Below are positions 25,229-38,059 of a stretch of DNA of 64,000 nucleotides, in pieces. The stretch lies in the NCBI GenBank assembly GCA_965153455.1, contig OZ234493.1, positions 5,952,001 through 6,016,000 on the forward strand. The letters run 5' to 3'. The notes below the pieces were generated by a model. It was not told where the DNA came from, did not search any database, and saw only the letters and a list, made by a program, of their open reading frames with translations. Within the stretch, counting starts at the first letter, position 1; every line of letters starts with the position of its first letter. The position numbers and the translations under genes are program-made. Source of the DNA: Sphagnum compactum (Eukaryota).

Positions 25229-25450
25229 AGTTGCGATCTGGTAGTTCTGGATCGAACTTGAGAGTGTGGATGAGATGTCAGATGAGCGATCATGTCATCG
25301 TCAAGTCCAGAAGAAATATCGCCCGAGATATTAACACGGGTAACCCGTGAGGAAAGGCTCCTCCTTTGTTTTGATTTCTACATTAGTTAGGGAGGACCTA
25401 CCAGGGGCGCCGTAGTTTTGCGTTTTGAGGGATTTGGTGTGGTGACCATT

Positions 25451-25967
25451 ATGGGATTCGACCCGGAAGCAGCTCGCGTAGGAGACATCGCAGTCGAAAT
25501 TGATCACAGTGGATTCCATACAAGGGCAGAAGTTTGGGTGAAGGCGAGGAATGGACCGAGTGGATGGGTCTCAACCTCACGAATGCAGCACCAATATTAC
25601 TTCACGACGTACCTTGCATAAAGTGACGCCATCGTTGGCCGAGGAACTGCGTAGTATACCAAGAGTCGGTGACATCTGGGTGCCCAAGTCGATGCCCACA
25701 GCAAACCATTTTCCCCGAATATACATCCCTGGAATGGAAGATCTGTTCCAGACAGGGGATCGGGTCATCAGGATAGAACATGGAGGATCGCGCTCGCGTT
25801 TGATCTGTTGGCAGATCTGGCGTGATGCAGGAGATAGTTGGCAGTTCCAGCTAGAATCTTCAGATGAGCAAGATTTCTCTCTCAGTCCCTCTAACTTTTC
25901 AGCTTTGCCTTTGAGACCTGTTCATGAAGGCGAGCAGGCTACATTCCACGGTCGGAATAACATTTGA
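25451..25967 (+). pseudogene. Extra ORF upstream of gag (frameshifted), unknown function
   Basis: ATG 25451 MGFDPEAARVGDIAVE... overlaps the ORF 25551-25967 ...PRVGDIWVP...; protein-like composition. Confidence 0.5.
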
Positions 25968-26007
25968 TTTTTGAGAATTTTGCATTAGGAGTGAGCTTCT
26001 TAGCAGG

Positions 26008-29000
26008 ATGGCGAGTCCACAAGGACTAGATGATCTGTTCTGGGGACGTGACTGTGAGGACGTCACCGACTGGGCTGAGCGACTGACTATGGCCGCAGAA
26101 GTCCGGGATCTGACACCTGACAAATTATTCAAAATTGCCAAACTGAACCTACGAGGCCGGGCGAAAGAATGGGTTCGGCAATTGCAACTGGCGCCTGCTG
26201 ACTGGGCGGCGCTACGCACGCTCATGATACAGAAATATGGGAACATCGACGCCGATGACATCCGCATGAAGCTGGATGCCATCAAGCAAGAACCCAAGGA
26301 GCGCGTCCAAAAGTACTTCGAGCGATCGGACAAGTTGTTCTGAAAAGGTCAGATTCAGGATGTCGAACAGAGAAGGAGGTTTTTGGCCAGTTTAAGGCCA
26401 AAAATTCGGAAATTGTGTGTTGTGCGGGTGTTCGCAAATATTGAAGAACTCGTTGGAGCTGCGATTGAGGTGGAAAGAGTTCTTGGCGAACTTGGAGGGA
26501 CGCCATATGAAGCTCTTCAGGAGGAGCAGGAGGAGGATACATCCGAGAGTACCATGGAGAAGCAGGTTACCGCACTGAACAATACCCTCATCAATCTCTT
26601 CAAGGGGAATTCGCATGACTCAGCACCATCATCTTCTTCCACTGCCTTTGGAGGATGCCAGCTCTGTAAGGGTAAGGACCATCTGGCCACTGCCTGTCCG
26701 AGGCTACATGAAGCACGGCCGAAATGTGCCAAGTGTCATCTGCCGCATAGGACGGAGAACTGTGGTGTCAAATGCACTTTCTGTACAGGACTTGGTCACT
26801 CTGAGGATAAATGCTGGAAGAAGACTAAGGATGGGAAGTCAGCATCTGGGCCGACGAATTTCTTGGAGGTGATGCTTGATGACGAGGCGGCGACCGAACA
26901 GCGACTCAACAGACTATGTGGGGGTAAGAATGCATTCTCATACACTCGGGTGCCGAGAAGAAGAACTCCTGTCGATGTGACGCCAGGAGGGATCGCACCA
27001 GTTCCTGAGGCTGGGAGAGAGGGAGCTGGCCTGAACAGGGAGGTTCCTGTAAAATCCAAAATTCTCTCGCATTTTATCAAAGGGAAAATTGCTTTGTCCC
27101 ACATGGAAACTGTCCTTATGATACTAGGTGAGCTGGAGCACTTGGAAAGTTTGGTCAAACTCGCAAGAAGGAAAAGAGATTCGGAGACCACCGAAAATTA
27201 GGTTTCAGTGGTCTCTGCAACTCCATCGCTCCGAAAGATTTGCGTTAGTAAGACGCATCGGAGTAAGACTCTGCACTTACCTGTAGAGATCAGTGATTGT
27301 GTCATTGAAGGACCAGTGGATACCGGGGCATCCATGTCGGTTTTGGCTGCCGCTGCAGTGAGGGAACTAGGCATAATGCATCTTGTAACTGGAAATGAAA
27401 GTTACAAGACAGCATCTGGGGTAGTCACTCGGGCACTGGGTCGAGTGGATGAGGTACAGGTGAAAGTCGGGGGAGTACAATGTACCATGACTTTTACGGT
27501 CGTGGATACGGATGGGTACGACGTGTTACTAGGCCTGGATTTTCTGATGAAGATCGGGGCTGTGGTTGACGTAGACGAGGATTGATTCAGGTGAGGCACG
27601 GACCTGGGACACACGTGGAGGTCTTGCCACTCACCGTGGTCAATTTACTACAGAGAGTGAGCACGGGTCAAGGAGAGAATGGGACAGTGACCTGTGTGAA
27701 GAATACACTTGCTGATCGGAGTGTCTGTGTGGAATCCAATCAAGATCAGGAGGGAGCCGAAGGAGAGAAGGACGTATCCAGCTCGGATTCCGATAATGAG
27801 AATGACGAGGATGAGTTTCATGACTCAGAGTGTAATCCTCTGGAGCAGTGTGATTCTGACGATGAGTTTATGGACCCTGAACTTGAGGAGCTGATAAACT
27901 CAGAAGGAGCACAGGGAATGTTGCAACTGATGTTGCAAGATTGGACTGATGGGATCATGACGGAGGAGAACTCGGATGGAGATGACTACGCTGATTGGAT
28001 TAAGTGGTCATCCGATGCAGAAGGGAACAGGTCAACTAAGTGTGAGACCGCACGCGATGTGCTCGGGAAAGTGCTGTTACAGCAGGACAAGCCCGATCAT
28101 GGCTCAGTGATCCCAGCAATATTTCAAACCACTCACGCGAGGACTAAAGAATCTAATCGCAAGACTAAAGAGGGGTGCGTATTAGGCAACCACTCTGAGT
28201 TAGAGATTAGATGGAAGGAAATCTGTGAGCGGATCAAGGTCGACGCTGAGCTGGATGAGCAAGGGCAGCAACAACTCTGGGCAACGCTAGAGAAATACAA
28301 GGACGTCTTTGCTTGGAACAAAGGCGAACTGGGCCACTGCACTATCGGTGAGCACAGCATTGATACGCAGGGATTTCCGCCTTGCAATGCATCTCTTGGA
28401 CGACTGTCTTTCTGGGAGGAGGCTGATGTCAAAAGGCAGATTGATGTCCTGGTAGACCTAGGTAAGATGCGGCCTAGCAACTCAGAATATGCCTGTAGAG
28501 TGACGCTGCCAGTAAAGAAAGACGGGAGTAGGCGTTTATGTGGAGACTACAGACCTCTCAATGCTCAAACGCGACAAGACATGTTTCCAATGCCGCTCGT
28601 CGAAGACGTAATTGATCAGCTAGGCAAGTCAATATGGTTTACTGCTCTTAACCTACAATCTGGTTTTTGGCAAATCCGCATGGCTCCAGAAGATATGAAG
28701 AAGACAGCGCTGATCACCAAAACTGGACTCTATGATTGGACTGTGATGCCATTCGGACTAAAAAACGCGACAAGTACGTTCACACAAACCATGTCCAAGG
28801 TATTCAAGGATTTAGGGGGTGCGTTTCTGAAAGTGTTCGTGGACGACCTCAATGTAAACAGTGAGACATGGGACGACCACCTTCGGCATTTGGAGGCTGT
28901 GCTTGGCAAACTAAGGGAAGTAAATCTGAAACTCAATCCTAGCAAGTGTTGTTTCGCTGCTAAAAGCATCACCTTCTTAGGGCATGTTGTGAGCAGGGAA

Positions 29001-31412
29001 GGTATACAACCTGATCCTGGAAAGGTTAAAGCAGTCCTACACTTCCCAACTCCGAAAAGTGTTACATGTGTCAGATCTTTCCTAGGACTAACAGGCTATT
29101 ACCGAAAATACATTAAGGGCTATTCGAATCTAGCAGGCCCTTTGTTTGAGTTAACAAGAAAGGATGTTGTATTCGCATGGAATGTGAATTGTGAGCAGGC
29201 ATACCAGGCACTGAAGGCAGCACTGGTGCATGCGCCTATACTCACACGACCGGATTTTAGACGAACTTTCTGGCTGGACGTGGACTGGTCGCCCAAAGGG
29301 GTGGGAGCCATCCTGTCCCAGAAGGAAGGAAAATTTGAAAGGGTGGTGGCATATGCCAGCAAGAGCTTGACTGACACACAAAGGAGGTTTCATCCGATGG
29401 AGGGGGAGTGCTACGCTCTAATCTGGGGAATAATGCACTTCAGACAGTACTTGCATATGAAGCACTTTATCCTGCGAACGGATCACAAACCGCTAGAGTG
29501 GCTAGCGACTGTCTCTGATACGCATGGTCGAAGGGGCAGATGGGTCGGAATGTTGCAGGATTTTAGTTTTAAGATAGTGCACCGACCAGGGCTGAGGCAT
29601 ATGAACGTTGATGCCTTGAGCAGGAACCCGGTCGGATTGGCGGAGGAGGATGAGGATTTCGGTGAAGAAATCCGGGACATTGTAGGTGCCCACCCTGATG
29701 CACCTGAAGAGGAAACAGAACTCCTCTGTGTCACAGCAGGCAAGGATACTGACTGGATGGGCATCAGAAGAAAGGACAGAAGGTGTGTATAGCACAATGC
29801 CTGTTGTTTTGGCATCAATCATCAGACGGATGGCCACAGCCATTAGTTGTTCATGTTGGGTGTTGAATCTGAGGAGGAGGATTTGGAGGAATATGTTCCG
29901 GATGAAGAAGTAGCACCAGCGCCTGATGCACCTGTGCAAGAGAATGAAGAACAGGTGGTCCTGAAAAGGAAGAGGCCACAATATTACGACAGAAGACAAC
30001 AGTTGGAATTAGTGCTGGCAGCCCAGGAGCTGTCTAAATTTGGGGACCCTGATTTGAGCCCCATAGAGCTCGATGAGGAGGAAGGGTATGGTGCGGAGCA
30101 CAACTGTGCTGACATCTGGCAAGACACGGAGTGTCTGAGACTGATAAGGGAAGGTACACTGTCTGACGCAGTAGACTATCATGAGTGTAGAAGGATTCGA
30201 AAAAGGGCAAGCAATTACTGCTGGAAGGAGCAGAAGCTCTTCTTCAAGACATTGTTAGTGCCCAAACCCGAGGAGAGGCTGTCTCTGGTAAAACAGATGC
30301 ACGAAGACCTAGGGCATTTTGGTGAACAGCGAACGTTGGCAGAAATTCGACGTAAATATGTCTGGAACAGTCTAACTACAGATGTGAAGGCGATGGTCAG
30401 AGGTTGCCAACAATGCCAATTGGTGAGAAGCTCAAGAAGCATCCGATCAGGGGATGAACAACTGAAGAGCATCCCTGTTTGTGACTTTTTTCATCGAGTT
30501 GCCCTAGACACAGCAGGGCCGTTGCCCGAGACTAGATCCGGCAACAAATACATCCTGGTGGCTGTTGACCACTACTCCAAGTGGTGTGAAGCGAAGGCAG
30601 TTGCTGATCATGGAGCCAAGACAGCAGCTCGATTTCTGGAGGACGACCTGATCTGTAGGTTCGGTGTCCCGAAATTCATACTAACTGACAATGGGGGGGA
30701 ATGGGGTGCAAAATTCGAAACCATGTGCAAAGACTACGCCATCCACCACCAACGCACTGCACCACAATGGCCTCAGTGCAATGGGATGGCAGAACGAATG
30801 ATCAAAACGCTTAAGCACGGCATCACTGTTCTGGCTGCTAACCCTGCCAATATGAATTGCTGGGATGAACACCTAGCCAAAGTGCTGTTTGGATACCGAT
30901 GTGGAATCCAGGCAAGCACTAAGTTCTCTCCTTTCATGACTCTCACTAGCCACACACCTCGTTTGCGGGCTGACAACTACTTGCAGGCTTTGACTACTGA
31001 GACTGACGATGGGGATGACATAGAAGAGGCTGCAGCGCAGTTTCTGCAGAAAATGGAGCTCATTGGAAGCATCCATAACAGCGTCCTGTGTAATGTGGAG
31101 CAGGCGCAAAAACAGCAGAAGAAAGTCTATGCTGCTCGGAGAGGTAAGCATTTATTTGAGGGACTGATTGCAGGTCAAACCATGGTGAAGATGAAGAAGC
31201 CAGGGAAGAGAAGGGCTTTGAGTGCAAGTTGGGAGGGACCCTACCAGTTTATTGGACACACAGATGGAAAAGGGAACCTGGATTTTGAGGAAGGCTCCCG
31301 ACTGTGCATCATTCAGGATGGCGAAGGTCACCAATGGGAAAGATCTCGACGGGACCTCCAAATCTTCTACATTCCACCAGATCAGATGGAGCTGAGGGAC
31401 TCAACTGTTTAA
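26008..31412 (+). pseudogene. Gag-Pol polyprotein with 3 in-frame stops and 1 frameshift
   Basis: Gag from ATG 26008 with zinc knuckles; protease VDTGAS; RT LCGDYRPLN, MPFGLKNA, FVDD; RNase H DVDWS..GVGAIL..TDHKPL; integrase HEDLGH..CQQC, D-D-E and WEGPY. Stops at 26341, 27199 and 29790; frameshift at ~27575. Confidence 0.95.
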
Positions 31413-31423
31413 GAAGGGAAGGG
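31411..31423 (+). other. Polypurine tract
   Basis: AAGAAGGGAAGGG, separated from the 3' LTR by TTACATA. Confidence 0.85.
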
Positions 31424-31430
31424 TTACATA

Positions 31431-32388
31431 TGTAATGGAAAATGGGGTTACCCTAACTTCTGAGCGCCCACTGATCAGGGAGCCTAATTGACGTTTCTTT
31501 GAGCCGTTTTGTGTCTCTGACGGCCGCCTTTGCATTACATCTGCATGGGTTGCACCTTGGTCGAGGATCTGTGACGGCTGACTGAATGGGCATGGAGTCT
31601 GTATGGCGGCTCCGAATTATGATGAAGGATCGTGCTGCATTTATGAAGGATGGCGGTTTGGAAGCGTAAGGAGGAAGCCAAGGCGATTGGGAAGGAAGAT
31701 CGAACCAAATAGAAGAGAGGCGAGGATTTTTGGGGGTCTGATGTAAGAGATATTCTGTCTGCAGAAGAATGGAGCGATGGTTAGGAAAGGATAGTGTGTA
31801 GAGGTCAGTGAAGTAGGATAGGAGCTGTGCAAATTCGGTCTCTTTTTGGAGCAGAAGCATCTGTCTGCGTAGGAAGCCGACGATGTTGAGAGAAGGCAAG
31901 TAGAGTCGGACAGAAGGAAAGGAGAAGATTCGATAGCTCGGTAGCAAGGAGTTGGTAGCCATGATCGTGATCTTCCGCTGCGTCTGATGTATGGTTCAGC
32001 TCGTTGCTGCAGGAGTTCCTAGGAGAGAGAGTGTGTGTTTTGAGGAATGATCAGACCCTCTGGTTGTGAGGAGTTGAAGTTCGAGGGCAATGCTTGTGCT
32101 CTCGGACTATGTATATAATTTGATAATGAGAATCCGGGTATTTTCTTGAGTACATTCATCTGTGAGGCATGGTCAGAGTCGCATCTCGTGTCGAGTTTTG
32201 TGTTGCTGAGTCTGTTGCAACTCGGATCGAGCTGGATCGGAGATCGGGCAGGTAGGCCGTTCCCAGATAGGATGGGATAAGTGTACATGGATGTGAATCG
32301 GACTGTAAGAGTGTGAGTACCCAGGGTCTGAGGGGGGGTGCAGCGCATCGGGCTGTAGGTTTCTTGGACCCGCTCTTTTTTGGTTACA
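31431..32388 (+). repeat. 3' LTR (958 bp)
   Basis: TGTAATGG...TTTTTTGGTTACA followed by the TSD GGAT. Confidence 0.95.
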
Positions 32389-35300
32389 GGATCATTGCCA
32401 TTGGCCCCAAGTGCAAACAAAATATGTAACTAGTTTAAATGTCAATAGGACCTAGACAATAGAGGTCAATTGTGAAAAGATTATTTTTAATTTTTAATTA
32501 TTTTCTAATCATGAAAATTACTCAAATTCAAATTTTCCCCCACCTTAGGTCTACAAATTATGAAATCGTCACCAAGAAACTCCACTCATCAAGGTTTTTC
32601 CAACAATACCAAAAATTCACCCCAATTACCTTTTAATACTTAAAGTTTTCATTTTCTTGGATTTTTTGACAAAATTGTCCAATATTCAATTTAGTGCAAT
32701 AATATTGGAATCATTTTTCAATCAAATGGTTGAATATTGAATAAATTTTCAAATAAAAACATTCCAAATTCAATTGGATTTTTGAAATTTTTAATGCCAA
32801 AAATGTCAAATTGTTGAAATTTCAAGCTACATAATGCCAAAAATTCTAAAAATCTAGAAAGTTTATAAGCCATGGTCATTAACATGTCATTACAATTATA
32901 TGCACTTTGTTTTGCAAATAATCTAGGATTAAAATTTGGTGAAAAATGGGATATAATGTGTGCAATTTTTTCCTAAATATCAACATCTAACATTTGGTTT
33001 TTGAATTCATGGAAATTTCTTGCTTAAATTTCTCACCCATTGTCAACAACACAAATCTTCCACACATCCTCATGCAATTAATTACATTTTGAGGTTAGTA
33101 AATGTGAATTGAAATGTTATAAACCTTTAGAAAAACACCAAAGAAAATGTAAACAAGAATGAAAAAATGTAACACATCAATATCTATATCAAAATGGATG
33201 AAAAAGATTGACATCCTCATTCATGGAAAAAATATGATTTTTTTTTAAATGCAAGTTGAAAATCTTGGAAAATATTATATTACATGTCAAGATGCATTTT
33301 AATAATTAAATCAATTATTTTACACTAAGGCGCCAAATTTGTTAAAGTATTATAGTAGGTTTTTTGACCCTATTATAAAATGGGTGTTTTTCCACAAATT
33401 TATCCAATTGAACATCTTTTTTTTATTAAAATCATCCCAAGTTGTTTGAATTTTTTTCCACTCAACACATCCTTTGCCACCACCATTTATCATCATTATT
33501 ATGGCAAGAATAGAGATGACCCTTTTGTTAAATCCTTATAAGGTCCATAACTCCAATTTGTTCAATTTCATTTTGTCATATTATTACATTAGCAACCAAA
33601 GCTCAATAACTTCAAGAAAAATAGGTATCAAAGTACCATTAGAAGATCATATGTGGTTAGTAAACTTCTTTCATATCATAACCATTTTTGGGGGCTAAAT
33701 TTTCATCGCTTGGAAACACACCAAAAAAAAAGGCATCACACATCCTACAAAGGTTCTTTTTTGGGAAAAAATGGCCCAAATTCACTGATTTTGAAAAATA
33801 AAATAAAATCACCATATTTAAACATTAAAATCTAGCATGTCACCAAAATGTAGCAAAAATTAAGAATCTCCTCCTTGTCTTCCATTTCAATCACCTTTAT
33901 ATGCTTAAAAGCCTTTCTTTTTCCATATATGTTTTTGTTTCATTCTTGTCCCGTTGGAACAAGATGAATGTTTCACAAGATTCACGACACATTTGAATTT
34001 TTATCATGTTTTAACATATAACTCGCTTTCTTTGATATATTTTAGCATATAATTTTTTTCTCTTTGATATGGTCTTTCTATTTCATCCTTTTTTTTCCCG
34101 TTTTATTTTTATTTTTCTCCATGTCTGCCTCTTTTTCTCCATTTTTTTATTTACTTATGTTAAGGGTAAAAATTCCTAAGCTAATTAGTTCCATGGTCAT
34201 CCTAGTAATTAGATGGTTATTAGTGGTAAATTTATCGTGTTTTACCAAAGATTGAAGCTAAGGGGGTGGGTTAGTTGAATGGTCATCCTACTAATCATCT
34301 AGTGGATTTTTAAGAAAGATTAGGATAAGGACCTAGGTATTTTCACGAAGTTCATATGGGCCTTGTGTGGTCTTGTCAAAAAAAAGAAATTAAAAGGACA
34401 AAAGGAGAACTTTAGATTATTTTATGATATTGTAGATTGAATTTGGGGGGGGGGGGGGGGGGTGTTCATTACAAGAACAAAAATAATGTATGTGACATTG
34501 GATAGGAGGAGACTATGGAAGCAAGTTGTATTCTCATTCTTGTAGTGGAAAATGGTTGATGGAATCACCTAGTTTTTTCTTGTTTTTTGTTTTATTTGAA
34601 GTATGAGAGAGAGACATGGTGCATAGTTCATATTATGACTATATAAAGTTTGTTGTGTTCATATATTAGTTTTGCGTTTCTTCTATAAGATTAAGAATAT
34701 TATCTACTATATGTGGTAGTTTTTGGAATAAAAAGTACATTCTATCACAAGATGGTAACTGCCATTGAAAGGGAGTAACAAGGAGGTAGACCTCACATTT
34801 GAGGTCTACAAAGAGGGTAATGTTGTTGGAGTTGGCATGCAATAGCCACAGAGGGTCTATAGGTGTTGTTGAGGGGAAACATGTGAGACTTGCAAACCCA
34901 TTGTTTGAATAATTTATCACCATATATTAGAGGGTCTTGAAGGTAATTACCTTCCAACCCCCTCTCTCTAATTTTCTAGTTTAAACTCCTTTACTACATG
35001 GGTTTTACTAAATCGAATAGTGTTATGATTAAATAGTAAAACTATCCTCATAGGATACGTCCTTCATATTGCATTTCCTTCTACATAAAATACTACTCAA
35101 TAATAGAGTTAGTGAGTGATAATCGTTCTCTTGGAGGTAGAAATAATTTTTATATGTTGTCCTCAACATTTCCCTCGTGAGGACAATACTGTTTAGGGAT
35201 CGCATTTTCACCCCATTACAACTTTTCTCTCATTATTTCTCTTTCTTCATACTAGTATGGAAAGGTGGATGGTATGAATTCTTTAATCATAGACCACACA

Positions 35301-35399
35301 TAGCCCATATGAAGTTTCATTTCCCATGTTCATTCATGGGATTTCTAAATTCATTGGATCCACATGTGGAATCCTCATACCAACTTTTTTTTTTAACAA

Positions 35400-35970
35400 G
35401 GACATGGATTATGATCTTGGACAACCACAAGGCCTCAATATCCAACCATGAATCATTACTTCATAAGTACCAGCAGTAGCCATTTGAAAACACATTCATT
35501 GTGGCTTTCTTCACATACATTATCAAAGGATAATTTGATATAAAAGTGAAAGTTTGAGCATTGGCTAAGTGGTCACACTTGATTTATTCTTGTAAAGGAT
35601 ATACAACCCATGATCTTGAACAACTATTAAGCCCCAATATTTGACCATGGGTCATTACTAAATAAGTAGTGGCAATAGTCATTTTGAAACACTTCCACCA
35701 TGGGTTTCTTCACATATCCTATTAAAGGATGGTTGGTTAAAAAAAAAAGTTTGAGTGGTGACTAAGTGATGGTGTTAAAATATTTTTCGCAAAAGACATG
35801 GCTTATGATCTTGAATGACTATTGGGCCCCAATTTCCTACCAAGTGTCATTATTCCATAAGTAGTGCCAATAATTATTTGGAAACACATTCAATGTGGGT
35901 TCTTCAAACACCCTATCAAGGGACAATTGGTTGAAAAATAAAAGTTTGAACCATGACTAGATGGTGGTGT
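35400..35970. repeat. Degenerate ~195-bp tandem repeat, 3 copies
   Basis: Recurring blocks ATGATCTTG.ACAAC, TCATTA.T.CATAAGTAG, AAACAC.TTCA..GTGGG.TTCTTCA and AAAGTTTGA at ~35411, ~35610 and ~35805. Confidence 0.75.
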
Positions 35971-37142
35971 TCAACAATTAATCAACATTATTTAGAATAT
36001 CATAATAGGTGTTTGTGAATACATCAATGAGTGTTTTGTCAAGCACCATGTCAAAGGACAAGGATTTTTTTTAAATGTCAAACTATTATGAAGTCCTACT
36101 ATCCAACCTTATATAATAACCCATTTTAGTTATTAAATAAAGGGCCAAGGTGAACCAACACCTACATTGGTACCATATTGAGTGAAAGTGGACAAGATGT
36201 GTTGCAAAATATCATTCATTTTTCATGACCAAAAGCCAAGGCTTTCAAAATAAAGAGTTGGTAATGGCCCATTTGACTTATTATTTTTAGTCTTTGAAAA
36301 TGGCAAATTGAATCCTCCTCTTCAAGCTTTCATAAACAGAAGGTTGAAAATGGCCCACATATTTTAATATTTTACATTTGTGAAAAATGTCATGAATATT
36401 CTTCCCCCCAATGGGTGCGGCTTTTTATTTCTTTAGGGAATCGATCACAATTTGATTCAAAAGTGGCACCACAATTATTTGAGTTCTTATTTTTGCTCAA
36501 ATTAATCTAGCTTATAATTTTACCCTTTAAAACCCCCTCACACATTAATGTACATTTTTGACAAATATTGCATTTAACCATATTATTGTAAATTTTGGAG
36601 GTTAAATGCACCATAGGTCTAAGGTTGCAAACCTTGGAAAATGAACTAGAAATGTTGCATCTTTAACTTCAATTTTATTTAAATGTGTCTTAGTGTTTGT
36701 TATAAAACTTTGGGAAAACCATCATTCTTATAGGAAGTATTGCAAATGAGCTTTGGAAAAAATATGTCACTAATCCCATGGACAAATTTGTAAAATAACT
36801 ATTTTATTATTATTATTTCAGTAGATAATTTATGATTGATTGAAAGTTCATTTTAAAACCACCATTATGTTGTTCATTTATTGTGATAATATATATAACA
36901 TAATATTATGTTAAGTATATTGTAACATTTAGAACATAGCCAAAATTGTGAAAGGTTTCACACAAGGTATAACAAAAAATCTAGTAAATAACATTTTGTG
37001 GTAGGTATAACGTATACACTTGTGATAAGTATACCACAAAATCCAACAAGATTCAAATATGTGACATGTATAAAATATGCATTTGCGACAAATATAACAT
37101 AAAATTTTAACAAATCATCAAAATTATGACATGGGTATACAC

Positions 37143-37849
37143 CAGTGTTGGGCGGATATTCAGATTTTTAGGATATAAGCCTCATATATCATTAGGAATG
37201 ATATCCGACTTAATATCTGGGATGATGGATACCACCCATCATGATATCTGACACCTTAATATCCATGAATTATGCCAAATATAAAAGATATTAATATTCA
37301 ACCTAAAATATATCAGGTTTAGAGCTAGATATTAGGGTTAATAGTTAGTAAATAATTTAGGTTATTAATTAAGTTAGATTTGTATGCTCACACCTAATTA
37401 TGTTTTTTTTCATTTTCTTAATGCAACTAGGGTGTGAAAATCCTTATACGATTTTAGATTGTTTTAGGCACACAATTTTAGAGGTATCTTTGAAGTTAGA
37501 GTCGATAGTAGTTGTTATTATGCCTATAACTTTTTAAAATAATCTATGATTTTTTCTGCAATTCAAAAAAAAAAGACATTGCATTTTGGAGATTTTTCTC
37601 GCAAAAAAAAAACCATCACCTAGCATAATTAGTAGGTGAATTTATGATATCTAAATCTACTGATAATCGACTAATAAATAAATGGTGGATATCCAAGAGC
37701 ACTGATATCCGAGTTAGATTGAAAAATGTGAAAATCTCATATCTAATGAGGATATTTAAATTTTTTAAAAATGTATTAGATATAATATCCATATCTAACA
37801 TATGAAAGAGACACGAATATCCCCAAATGGTGATATTCCCCCAACACTA
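37143..37849. mobile_element. Non-autonomous hAT-like DNA transposon / MITE
   Basis: TIRs CAGTGTTGGGCGGATAT and ATATTCCCCCAACACTA; degenerate 8-bp TSD GTATACAC / GTATGCAT. Confidence 0.75.
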
Positions 37850-38059
37850 GTATGCATTTTTGTTTGGTATAACTCACATTTATTTTCATAAGACCTCATG
37901 TTAAGGTTAGGTATTTATTTCTTGTGCACATAAAATATTACATTGTTTCATCTTGCAATCAATTTATTTTTTGTTTTATAGAGCAATATGGTGAGGGCTA
38001 AGGTTATAATTCATGCCTAAAACCCTCACAAATTCTTTGATTTTTTTAAGGACTTAAAA

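Larger units (their letters stand above)
24268..32388 (+). mobile_element. Full-length Ty3/Gypsy LTR retrotransposon, inactivated
   Basis: Two ~950-bp LTRs, TG...CA outer ends, 4-bp TSD GGAT (24264-24267 and 32389-32392), PBS, PPT and GAG-PR-RT-RH-INT domain order. Confidence 0.97.
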
